A stretch of DNA of 64,000 nucleotides from the human T2T-CHM13v2.0 reference genome, Homo sapiens. Numbering within the stretch: position 1 is the stretch's first letter; the number at the start of each line of letters is the position of its first letter. The notes under the pieces were generated by a model, which was not told the origin of the DNA, did not search any database, and saw nothing but the letters and a program-made list of their open reading frames with translations. Both the position numbers and the translations under genes were made by a program. The DNA is taken from NCBI RefSeq assembly GCF_009914755.1, contig NC_060926.1; one strand, given 5' to 3'. This document shows positions 26,766 to 40,071 of this stretch, piece by piece.

Positions 26766-29093
26766 TATATTAGTCCGTTTTCACACTGCCTATAAAGACA
26801 TACCTGAGACCGGGCAGTTTACAAAAGAAAGGTTTAGTTGGACTTACAGTTCCACGTGGCTGGGGAAGCCTCACAATCGTGGCAGAAGGCACATCTCACA
26901 TGACAGCAGACAAGAGAAGAGAGCTTGTGCAGGGAAATTCCCGTTTTTAAAACCATGAGATCTCATGAGACTTACTGTCACAAGAACATCACGAAAAACA
27001 CCCACCCCCATGATTTAGTCATCTCCCACCAGGTCCCTGCCACAACACATGGGAATTATGGGAGCTATAAGATGAGATTTGTGTGAGGACACAGAGCCAA
27101 ACCATATCATTCTGCCCCTGGCCCCTCTCAAATCTCGTATCTTCACATTTCAAAACCAATCATGCCTTTCCAACTGGTTTTGAGTAGTTAACCCCCAAAG
27201 TCTCAACTCAAAAGTCCACAGTCCAAAGTCTTATCTGAGACAAGTCCCTTCCACCTGTGAGCCTGTAAAATCAAAAGCAAGTTAGTTACCTCCTAGATAC
27301 AGTGGGGGTACAGGCATTGGGTAAATATAGCTGTTCCAAATGGGAGAAATTGGCCAAAACAAAGGGGCTCCAGGCCCCCATGCAAATTCAAAATCCAGCA
27401 GGGCAGTCAAATCTTAAAGCTTCAAAATGATCTCCTTTGACTCCATGTCTTGAATCCAGGCCATGCTGATGCAACATCCTTTGGTCTCAAGCAGTTCTGC
27501 CCCTGTGGTTTTGCAGGGTACAGCCTCCCTCCTGACTGCTTTCACAGGCTGTTGTTGAGTGTCTGCGGGTTTTCCAGGCGCACGGTACAAACTGTCAGTG
27601 GATCTACCATTCTGGGGTCTGGAGGATGGTGGCCCTCTTCTCACAGCTCCACTGAGAGGTGACCCAGTAGGATTCTGTTGGGGGAGGGCTCTGACCCCAC
27701 ATTTTCCTTCCTCACTGCCCTAGCAGAGGTTCTCCATGAGAGCCCCACCCCTGCAGCAAACTTTTGCCTGGGCATTCAGGTGTTTCTATACATCTTCTGA
27801 AATCTAAGCAGAGGTTCCCAAACTTCAATTCTTGACTTCTGTGCACCTGCAGGCTCAACACCACATGGAAGCTGCCAAGACTTGAGGCTTCCACCCTCTG
27901 AGGCCACAGCCTGAGCTGTACCTTGACCCCGTTTAGTCACAGCTGGAGCGGCTGGGACCCAGAGCACCAAGTCCCTAGACTGCATAGGGCAGAGGGACCC
28001 TGGGCCCAGCCCATGAAACCATTTTTTCCTTCTGAACCTCCAGGCCTGAGATGGGAGGGGCTGCTGCAAAGGTCTCTGACATGCCCTGGAGACATTTTCC
28101 ACATTGTCTTGGAATTAACATTTGACTCCTCATTACTTATGCAAATTTCTGCAGCTGACTTGAACTTCTCCTCAGAAAATGGGATTTTCTTTCCTATCAC
28201 ATTGTCAGGCTGCAAATTTTCCAAACATTTATACTCTTTCCCTTATAAAACTGAATGCCTTTAACAGCACCCAGGTCACCTCTTCAATGGTTTGCTGCTT
28301 AGAAATTTTTTCCACCAGATACCCTAAGTCATCTCTCTCAACTTCCAAGTTCCACAAATCTCTAGGGAGGGGCAGAATGCCACCAGTATCTTTGCTAAAA
28401 CGTAACAAGACCCACCTTTGCTGTAGTTCCTAACACATTCCTCATCTCCATCTGAGACCACCTCAGCCTGGATTTCATTGTCCATATCATTATTAGCATT
28501 TTGGTCAAAGCCATTCAACATGTCTCTAGGGAATTCCAAACTCCCTATCTTCCTGTCTCCTTCTGAGCCCTCCAGACTGTTCCAGTCTCTGCCTGTTACC
28601 CAGTTCCAAATTCCCACATTTTCCTGCCTCCTTCTGAGCCCTCCAGACCGTTCCAGTCTCTGCCTGTTACCCAGTTCCAAAGCCACTTCCACATTTTTGG
28701 GTATCTTTTCAGCAGCGCCCCACTCTACTGGTACCAGTTTACTATATTAATCCGTTTTCATGCTGCTGATAAAGACATACCTGAGACCAGGCAATTTGCA
28801 AAAGAAAGGTTTAATTGGACTTACAGTTCCACGTGGCTGGGGAAGCCTCACAATCATGGCAGAAGGCAAAAGGCATGTCTCACATGGTGGCAGACAAGAG
28901 AAGAGAGCTTGTGCAGGGAAAGTCCCGTTTTTAAAACCATCAGATCTCATGAGACTCATTCACTATCATGAGAACAGCATGGGAAAGACCCGCCCCCATG
29001 ACTCGTCTCCCATCGGGTTCCTCCCACAACACATGGGAACTATGGGAGCTACAAGATGAGATTTGGGTGGGAACACAGAGCCAAACTGTATCA
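26766..29093 (-). mobile_element. Complete THE1 (ERVL-MaLR, THE1A/B-like) element: LTR 26766-27109, internal 27110-28742, LTR 28743-29093
   Basis: Two similar LTRs (TATATTAGTCCGTTTTCA...CCAAACCATATCA), ~1.6 kb internal region, perfect 5-bp TSD GGGTG at 26761-26765 and 29094-29098. Confidence 0.93.
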
Positions 29094-29226
29094 GGGTGGT
29101 ACAAGTGTTTCACATGAGCTGACTGGCAGTCAGTAACTGATTTCAGTTTTCCAGATAATTGACATACTGTGTTATATACTGCTTTTTTTTCCTACTTAAT
29201 AGTGCTTTTTTAAAAATAGAAGTTGT

Positions 29227-29550
29227 GGCTGGGCATAGTGGTTCACACCTGTAATCCCAGCACTTTGTGAGCCAGGATGATTGCTCAGGGCCAGGACTTT
29301 GAAACCAGCCTGGGTAACAGCAAGACCTGCATCAGTATAAAAAGTAGAAAAAAAAAAAAACAAAAAAAAAAAATACACAAAAAACAATTAGCAAAGTATG
29401 GTGGCACATGGCTGTATTCCCGGCTACTCAGGAGGCTGAGGCAGGAGGATCTCTTGAGCCTGGGAGGTTGAGGCTGCAGTGAGCCTTGACTGTGCCACTG
29501 CACTCCAGTCTGAGTTAGAATGAGAACCTGTCTCAAAAAAAAAAAAAAAA
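29227..29550 (+). mobile_element. AluJ-like
   Basis: Dimeric Alu, flanking AAGTTGT duplication. Confidence 0.88.
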
Positions 29551-30413
29551 GTTGTAATTGTATCAATTTTTGCATTACATGAGAGAGTAGAGACAATAGG
29601 GTATCATCCATTCTCACCTTCACTCCCAGTTTTATTGTGCTTGCTTTTACTTGTGTTAGTGATTTCTATAATGTTCTATATGTCCTTTATTAGCTCTAGA
29701 TAGTATTACCCATGTTTCTGAATCATAGTCTTGTTCCTTTCCTTACTCCTTCAATCTCCCAGTTTTAATTAGTTGTTAATTTTGCATCATCAAGGTATTT
29801 GCATTTTGTTCTGACTATAACTTTTTTTACTTTTTAAATCAATTCTAATGATTTTTTAAATCTAGAAATAGATGATTATATGAATATTTACTTTAGAACA
29901 AAGTGGAATGGACCCACAGAGTATGAAATGTAATCCTGTGTACATGAAAATTTCATCAATTGAAAATTTTCCAAGTGGAAAATTCTAGTGGATTCTCATC
30001 TGATTGTTGTTGTTTCCTACTTTTCCTCTAAGGTTATTCAGCTCTGTTGTCTTCACTTCCATGTTTTCTTCATTTGGTTAGAGCTGTGGTCTTTAAAATG
30101 AGACATTCGTGTAAAAGGCACACAAAATAATTTAGGGGAGTATCAGGATTTATTAGAAATTAAATTGTGTGTTAATTTTTATCTGTAATTTTTAATTTTT
30201 TAGTATGTTTTACAATACATATATTAATATAGTGATGTATATATTTTATAAAACTATACTGAGAGTATATTCTGATTTTTTTTACTCGTAAGGGTGTGCC
30301 ATACAAAAAAATTTAGAGTTTAATTGGGTTCAGAATACATTTTAAATATAGGATGTCAAACTTTTCAAGTATGTGTTGTCTGAAAATGTCCTTTATTTGG
30401 TCCTCATTCTTAA

Positions 30414-30800
<387 letters not shown>

Positions 30801-33170
30801 TAGTCTGACTTGTTCCTTTGTAGATAACATAGAAGTTTTAGGATTTTCTTTTTTTAATGGAATTTTGTAGTTTTATCCAGATGTGTCTAGGTATAGATCT
30901 TTTTTCAGTAATCATTCTTGGCAGTTGATGAGGCCTGTCTATGAACTTGTGTCTCCCTTCAGATTATGGAAATAATCTTGTGTTTTTCTCTTTATATATC
31001 TCCGTTGTTCCTAGTCTTACCTTCTTTAAGATCACCTGTCAGATCAATACTGGACCTCGTCAATCTGACCCACAGTTCCCTCATTTCTCATATTTCCTAT
31101 ATTTGTGTTTTTAATCTGTCTCCTCAGAAGTTGTCTTTATCTTTTATTTTCTATTAATGCATCAGTTATGACTATATTATTATTTATCTTGCACATTAAA
31201 CTTATTTTGTCATTTATTTTTAATCAAGAAGTCTTAGTTTCTGACCACTTTTTCAAAGCAGCTTGTTCTTGTCTTATTCAATTGTACTTTAAGAGAAATT
31301 TTTTAAAAGTATACCATTCAGTCCCCTGAATTGTCTCCATTTCTATGAGAGTTCTTTGTTAATTTTTTTCTTCCCATTTTGGACCTTCTCTTTTATCTAT
31401 TAGTTTTCCCCAAATGTCTGTTATCCTTGGCTTTCCGTTCATATATTAGGATGAGGGACTGTGTTGCTAAAAGATGGTATCTGGCTGTCATGGTTTTCAG
31501 GGCAGTTGTGTAGATCTGTTTCCCCAGCATCCTCTTCCTTGAATGGGAAGGTTATGGACACTTTCGGTACAAGTGGGCAAGGTGTCTCAACGTGATGACT
31601 TCCCTGAAGTTGCATGCGTAAGCTGGGAACTGTTACACATGTCAAAGTAAGGAGGGCTTTATTTTGTGTGGGAGAGTGCTCTATTTGATTTCTGTTAGAA
31701 GTTATCTTTTCTCCTTATTTTTCTTCGCATCTCATTCCTAATGTCTGCTATGATATTGAGAGTTAGTCCAACCTGTATCCTGTTTGTCTCTCAGGAATTG
31801 GCGCTCTCACAAGAGACATACCCAGACAGGTGTCCCTCTTCCTTTAGAGGGCAATTGTTGGGCTTTGGCGTGATGGTAAAAGCTACAACTGCCACCCTTG
31901 GGGAAGGGTAGAGCCCCAGCTGTCTCATCTAGCCTAAATACTGTTTCTAAAATAATTACTCTGAGGCTTGCCACTTGGCCTTTTCCTGCTCTTTGTGTAT
32001 GTGATGAAAGGTTAGTTTTTCTTTGGGCCTCCTTGAAAGAAACATGGATACTTACAGTACCCTGGATTGTGATTTATCTACCTTTATATCTCTGCTAATT
32101 TATTGCCGTTCCTCTGACTTGAATTTTTAAAAATGTCTGATGTACCAGTGTCACACCCTTTCTTATTTTCTAACGTTGTTATTGGTTTATTTTTTTGTAA
32201 AAATTTGTTGTCATCTCATTGAGTATCGTGTTGGGAAATAAAAGAGATTGATAAATGTGTTCATTTCACTGCCTTGAACCATATGCATTTTTCTCAAAGT
32301 TCCGTCTTGGGTGCAGTATGTGACTCAGGTATCTAGAAATCAGAAAATTACTAGAAAAACTGTATACTTTGTCACATATGAATTGATAAGACAGTATGAC
32401 TCCCTTTTGTTCTGGGTTATTAAAACTAAGCATTATCTGTTACTTACATGCTGGAAAGGACATGTCTTAAAGAATTTAGTGTAAGCTTGGACTCAAATCC
32501 AGTCAAGCACTGCCAAATTTTAGTGCTAAGACTTTGGGTAGGTTACTTTGCATTTTTGCGACCTAGTTTACTTATCTATAATATTGATAGAGGCAGTTAT
32601 TATCTTCTTCTTAGAGTTAATTTGAGAATCAATTAGATAAATACTTAAGCCTGGCATATTGAAAACCTTTAGAAAAAATCTGTTCTCATCGTTTTTAAAT
32701 TGCCTCTCTTCAGGAAAATGTTATTTATACATTTTAGATAGCCCCTTCCTTATAGTACAGATAAGTTTCTGCAAAGTTGGCTGTGAAGCAGATTATTATA
32801 AAACAAATTTCAAAATAGTTCTCTTTGTAATATTTGGGGAGAAAAATTATGAGTTGAAAGCTCTTGGTGAAGAAGTTTGTTAGTGGCTTGCTGGAATGAG
32901 TAGAAAGTATACTTGCAGAGAGAAGTTAGCTACTAGAAATGGTTGTCCCTCTTAGGAAGCACCTGCTGGAATAGTAGAGCTCTTTGCATAATTGGGCTCA
33001 TAGGAAGCCAATAAGTAATACCCATCTCGTATCATTTTTCTCTGTGTACTTCTATAAAGCCATAATGAATATGATGTATTCTTTATGGCCCTTTTGAATA
33101 TGTTTTTGACCACCCCGTTTCCATATTGTACTTCATTGTTACCTTGGTCATAAATGAACTGTTTGTGTAG

Positions 33171-33195
33171 GTATGTGTGTGTGTGTATGCATGTG

Positions 33196-33240
<45 letters not shown>

Positions 33241-33252
33241 GCGCGCGCGCGC
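33171..33252. repeat. Compound (TG)n-(GC)7 microsatellite
   Basis: Interrupted TG run, a long pure TG run, then GCGCGCGCGCGCGC. Confidence 0.95.
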
Positions 33253-33514
33253 TTCTGCATTCTCCTTTTTCATTAGTCAACTTCTCTGTTTTTCCACTAG
33301 TACCACTCTGTCATAATTACAGTTGCTATATTTTAGGTTTATGTTTTCTACTTCTAAGTCTTTCAACTTTGTTGTTCATGATTGCTTTGGTATTCTTGAC
33401 CCATTTGCATTTCCATGTAAGTTTTAGAATCAACTTGTCAGTTTCCACAAAAAGCAGCATTGGGATTTTTATTGTTATTACATTGAGTTTATATGTTAGT
33501 CTGAAAATACATAA

Positions 33515-34130
33515 TTTTTTTAAACTTTTATTTTAAGTTCAGGGGTACCTGTGCAGGTTTGTTATATAGGTAAACTCCTGTCATGAGGGTTTGTTGTACA
33601 GATTATTTCGTTACCCAGGTATTAGTTAGCCTAGTACCCATTAGTTCTTTTTCCTAATCCTCTCCCTCCTCCCACGCTTTACCCTCTAATAGGCCCCTGT
33701 GTATGTTGTTTCCTGCTATGTGTCCATGTGTTTCCATCTTTTAGCTGCCACTTACAAGTGAGAACCTGTGGTATTTGGTTTTCTGTTCCTGTGTTAGTTT
33801 GCTAAAGATAATGGCCTCCAGCTCTATCCATGTTCCTGCAAAGGATATGATCTTGTTCTTTTATGTGGCTGTGTAGTATTCTGTGGTGTATGACATTTTT
33901 TTAATCCAGTCTACCATTGATGGCATTTAGGTTGATTCTATGTCTTTATTGTGAATAGTGCTGCAGTGAACATATGTTCACTGTGTGTGGACACATGTGT
34001 GCATGTGTCTTTATGATAGAATAATTTATATTCTTTTGGCTATACCCAGTAATGGGATTGCTGGGTCGAATGGTAGTTATGTTTTTAGGTCTTTGAGGAA
34101 TCGCCACACTGTTTTCCACAATGGTTGAAG
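33515..34130 (-). mobile_element. 5'-truncated old L1P (L1PA/L1PB) 3' end, embedded in older L1M sequence (about 33290-35600)
   Basis: TTTTAAGTTCAGGGGTAC...GCAGGTTTGTTA...ATACCCAGTAATGGGATTGCTGGGTCGAATGG...GAGGAATCGCCACACTG. Confidence 0.8.
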
Positions 34131-34619
34131 TCAGTCTGCATATATTGAAATTGATGTCTTTAGAATAATGAATTTTCTAATTTATGAATACTGTATATCC
34201 CTTCATTAATTTAGCTTACCTGTACTTTCTCTTAATATCATTGTGTAGTTTTCAGTGTAAAGATGGCATCCTTCATTAGATTTATTTCTAGGAAGTAGAC
34301 TTTTAAATTATACTTTGGTATCTTTTAAAATTTTTGCTTTCCAATTGTTGCTAACATAAAAATATAATGGATTTTTATATGCTGACTTAGTATACAGCAT
34401 CCTTGACAAACTTCCTTGTTATTCCTGTTAGTGTGTCTGACTTAAGCATGTTAACTGTGAATAGTGACCGTTTTCTTTATGCCTTTCCAATTCTTATGCT
34501 TTTCATTTATTTATTTTTGCCTTAAGGTACTGGATAGGACCTCTAGTACATGTTGAATGGAAGTGGTAGTAGTGGTCTTCTTGCCTCATTCCCGTTTCTC
34601 AGGGAAACCTTACTGTAGA

Positions 34620-34623
<4 letters not shown>

Positions 34624-34651
<28 letters not shown>
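34624..34651. repeat. (GT)n microsatellite
   Basis: Direct observation. Confidence 0.95.
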
Positions 34652-34654
<3 letters not shown>

Positions 34655-36046
34655 AAGACACTTTTAAAATTAAGGATTTATTCCTGGTTTGTAGCGTTTT
34701 CATCTTGAATGGGTACTGAATTTTATCAAATGCTTTTTCTGCAACTATCAAAGTGATCTTTTCCCTCCTTTTTCTGTTAATGGGCTAAATTACATTAATA
34801 AATTCTGATTTTGATCTAGTCTAACGGAGTATTTGGGCTTATGTATAAATGTAATTATAAATAATATAATTATATACTTATTTACAATCTTTCCCTTTTT
34901 CTCTCCTTTTAAAAATCTATTTTATTTTTAGTTATGCTGTCTTTTCTTGTAGTGGTTACTGTAGAGATTACAGTATACTTCATGGAGTTACTTGAGCTAC
35001 TGCCAATCATTATTTTTACCCCACTTCCCCAAGAATGCTAAAACCTTAGAATACCTTTTTCCCCATGAAGAACACTTTTTACTCCATTTATCCCTCATGG
35101 TTTTTACATTACTGTTGGCATGCATTTTAATTCTACTTATATTTAAGCCCCAAGATATTACAATTTTTCGTTGGCCAGTTTTGGAAAATTCTTACTTACC
35201 TCTTCAAATATTGCTTCTCTCTTTTTCTTCTGTGACTCCACTAAGTAGGTGTTAGACTCTTGCACTGTGTCTCACGTTTGCCTTAGGCTCTTTGTAATAC
35301 CTATATTTTTTTCTCTGGTTTAGTGAAAATACCTTCATTGATCTTTTAAAAAGTTTTCTAGTCTTACCTTTTGCTGTTTAGTCTATTCAACTTATATTAA
35401 GTAGTAATTTCAGTTGTTTTCCAGTTCTAGAATTTCCATTTGATTCTTTTAAAATTAAATTATTGGTAAAACTCTGTTGCCTGTTGGGTTTTTTTTTCCT
35501 CCTAGCTTTTATTCATAAGCGTCTGTTTTTTGGCAGCCTGATAATTTTTTATTGAATAACTGTCATTGTAAAAATTGTAAAGGCTCCAGATGATAATCTT
35601 TTAGACAGGATTTATTTTTTCTTTTCTTAGACATGTTAGTGTGGGAGCTGATAACTTTTATCCAATCAGGGACTAAAGTGAATCAAGACTGTTTTAAGGC
35701 TATTTGTACATTTGATTTGTCTTCATACAGTCTAGTTTTACTTTACAGGCATTTCAATTTAGAGTCTTAAATTCTTGGGACACTGTCTCTGGCAAATCTC
35801 AACTCTAATCCTTGTCTTGTTTGCAGTATAAGACGTCTGAAAACTTTGCCTCTTGGCTTCCTGCTGCATGCAAAGTCAGCATTTGGCAGAAGTCTTAAAG
35901 AGCACCTCACCAGGATCTTAGCCCCTTGGGTATCCTGTTTTATCTCCAGCGCCGTAAGGCCAACAGAATCTTTGCTGATAGTTTCACCCCATGGCAGTGG
36001 CTCTGTCTGGGTAAAGTGTGGATTCTCGCTCTTGCATTATGCTTAG

Positions 36047-36439
<393 letters not shown>

Positions 36440-37904
36440 TTGTTTTCGTTTTTTACTTCTGTAATGACTTGAAATGTCAGCCCACCTTTAGGTTGTTCTC
36501 CCTTCTCTAGAATCTTGTGACCTTTTGTCCTGATTGCTTGAGCAGCTCTAGATACCTTTAAACATACTTATTTTTATTCAAGTTTTTCTATTTCTCAGCA
36601 GAATTTAGTTTACCTGCTAGTTACTCCATTATCCCCAGAAGCAGAACATCCCATGGTAGCCTCTAAGTACTTTTTATATACATTAATTGTTTTGATCATT
36701 ACCAGGCTTATCTCCCCTGCCCATCTGTACCATCAACTGTCACCAGTAAAGTTTTACTTACTGTTTCTACTCCAGTACTCACTTTGTGCTAAGGGTGTGT
36801 ATATGTATAAAATTTCCTATTATCCACTCAGCAACCATAGGGCAATGAGGTGCTATAATAATTTAATAAACAAAGGAGAGGCCCAGTATCTATAAGATCA
36901 CAGAATTCATGGCAAAGCACTGATTCACATTGGTCTCAGTATATAGCTCTTGTTATTAAAGTCTATGCTATTGTTTGTGGTCTTTCTATAATCTTGTTTG
37001 CTTCCTATAGAATACAGCTCAGGGAATATCTTCAGGACATTCTCTGTGTCCTGAAGTGCTTCATTATCACTGTTACAGTACTCTCTCATATTATCATATT
37101 CAAAATATCTCCGTGTCTGTATCCTCTACTATGTTATAGTTTTTGCCAAGAGTAGGGAATGTGTTTTATTTATCTTCATACCCCAGGTTTCGTTAGAGTG
37201 CATGATATATCTAAGCATATAATAAATGTTCATTGTATTTCCCTAAAGTCATCGTATACTTAATTTGAATAGATTTAAGAAATTTATATGTGTATTACTA
37301 TTTTATCACCTTTATAAACACTTATTAGAATCTTAATTATTCTCCCTGGTACAGTCTTAGCAAAACTGTTGAACATTATATGTTATATATTATATTAACT
37401 CTTTTTCATCATATATATAAAGTTGTTTTGACCTCAGGCAGTATTTTGTTATAACATCCTGAAGCAGTTCAGAGGACTTTTAGCATAAATATGGTAGTAT
37501 TTCAAAATTGTAATTTACCATTTGTTAATTGTAGAATTAATAAACAAAAATACTGTATGTATAATTAAACCACAATTGATTAAGCTACCTCCTAGAAGAT
37601 GAATGAGCTGATTGCAGATGACAATGAAAGACGTAGCTCATAAACATCAGTCTCATTTTATAACTGGATAAAATTTTGATAATGCTCTTTAGACAGCATG
37701 ATTTTTTTTAACCCTACTTTGCTGGATAATTTATATATTTTATTGGTCTAGAAGCTTGATAGCTAACACACTTGATATACTGCAAAATTGAAGACATTTT
37801 TTAAAGAAACAATAGTTTTTCCTTTGGGTGATTAAAAATAACGATTAGTACTTTATTCTCTAATAGTGGCTAATATAGACTCAATAGTTATAGAAGATGT
37901 TTTA

Positions 37905-38222
37905 TAGAGTTGACCCTCTGTATCCACCGATTCTGCATCTGAGGATTCAACCAACTGTGGATCAAAAATATATGGGAAAAAAAATTAACAATACAACAAT
38001 TTAAAAAATCTAATAAAACAGCACAGTATAACAACTATTTACATAGCATTTACATTGTATTAGGTGTTAAGTAATCTAGAGATGATCTAAAGATACCAGA
38101 GGATATGTGTATATCAAATGCAGATATTATACCATTTTGTATAAGGGACTGGAACATCTGTGAATTTTGGTATCCATGGGAGTCCTGGAATCAGTCTCCC
38201 ATGGAAACAAAGGGACAACTTT
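37905..38222. mobile_element. MER2-like TcMar-Tigger MITE
   Basis: AGTTGACCCTCTGTATCCA ... TGGAAACAAAGGGACAACT terminal inverted repeats; CATTTACATTGTATTAGG core. Confidence 0.75.
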
Positions 38223-38284
38223 GATTACTTTTTAATCACAAAAGAAATGTGTATATATGTGCATATGGACTTCTATGTGCAGGT

Positions 38285-40040
38285 ATTTTTTTTAAATGAG
38301 GCAAAATTCATATAACATAAAATCTATCATTTTTACTTTTTTAAAAAGTACAGTTCCATAATGGCTTAGTACATTGACAGTGTTGTGCAACTAGCACCTC
38401 TGTCTAGTTCCAGAACACTTTTATCAGTCCCAGAGGAAACTCCATAACCAATTACTTACCATTTCCCCCTCCCCACAGGTCTGGCAACTACTAATCTGCT
38501 TTTTGTATGTATGGATCTGCCCAATATTTAAAACAAGTGAAATGATACAATGTGGCCTTTTGTGCCTATCTTCTTTCACTTAGCATAATGTTTTCAAGAT
38601 TCATTCATGTTGTAACATGCATCAATACTTTATTTATTTTTATGACTACATATTATTTCATTGTGTGACCAGGCTTAATGGCTCACACCTGTAATCTCAG
38701 CACTTTGGGAGGCTGAGCTGGAAGGATCTCTTGAGCCCAGGAGTTCAGGACCAAACTGAGCAACAGTGAGATCTTGTGTCTATAAGAAATAAAATTACCC
38801 AGGTGTGGGCAGTGAGCTGTGATTGCATCACTGTATTTCAGCCTGAGTGGCAGAGCAAGACACTGTTTAAAAAAAGGAAAATTCATTGTGTACATGTACC
38901 ACATTTTAAAAATTCATTTATTGCTTGATGAACATTTGGATTGTCCATCAATGAATGGATTATTAGCTAGTAACCTTTTGGCTATTGTGAATACTGCAGC
39001 AAAGAACATTTATGTTTCAGTCATTTGAACACCTGTTTCCAGTTCTTTTGGATATATACCTAGGAGTAGAATAGCTGGATCATGTGGTAATTCTATGTTT
39101 AATTTTTTGAGGAATCCTTAAACTGTTTTCCACAGCGGTTAAACCATTATACATCTCCACAAGCAATGTCCAAGGATTCCAGTTTCTCTACATCCTCGTC
39201 AATGCAGGTGATTCCCCACTCCTTTTTTTTTTTTTAATAGCCATTCTAGTAGCTTTTTTTTTTTTTTTTTTGGTCTTTTTCAGCATTTTTACTGTGATCC
39301 ATGTGTTTGTGGGTTTCTTTGCATTTAACCTACTTGGAGTTGATTGAGCTCCTTAAATGTGTATATTATTGCTTTTCAATAAATTTGAGAAGTTTTCAGC
39401 CATTTTTTTTAGTTATCTTTTTCTGCTGCTTCTGTCTTTCTTCTCCTTCTGATACTCCCATTATATACATGTCAGTGTGCTTAAAATAATGTCCTACAGT
39501 TCTCTGAAGATGTTCATTTTTCTTCATATTTTTCTGTCTGGATTGTATAATCTCTACTGATTTGTCTGTAAGTTCACTAATTCTTCTATTTGTTCATATC
39601 TACTGTTGACCTCCTCTAGTGAATTTTCATTTCAGTTATATGGTTCAGCTCCAGAATTTTTATTTGGTTCTTTTAAAAAAAATAACCTTTACCTTTTTGT
39701 TGACATTCTTTATTTTTTTTGTGTGACATTGTCATCACACCTTCCTCTAATTATGATTTCCTTTAGTTCTTTACACATACTTATTAATGGCTATTTGGAA
39801 TGCTTTGTCTGTTAAATCCAACATGTAAGTTTAATCACAGTTTCTGTTATCTGTTTTTTTCCCCAGCATATGGGTCATACTTTCTGTTTTTTCATGCCTC
39901 GTAATTTTCTATTCAAAGCTGGATATTTTATGTAGTAAATTGAGAAATTCTTGGAACTGGTTTCTTCCTTCCAGTGCATGCTGTTGCTTCTTGCTTATTT
40001 TGTTTATGGACTGTTTTAGTGGAGTCTATTTAGTGCCCCC

Positions 40041-40071
<31 letters not shown>

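Noticed and set aside
27414-28750. Multiple 60-120 aa ORFs in THE1 internal region
   Set aside because: Fragments of the degenerate MaLR internal ORF, not a host gene
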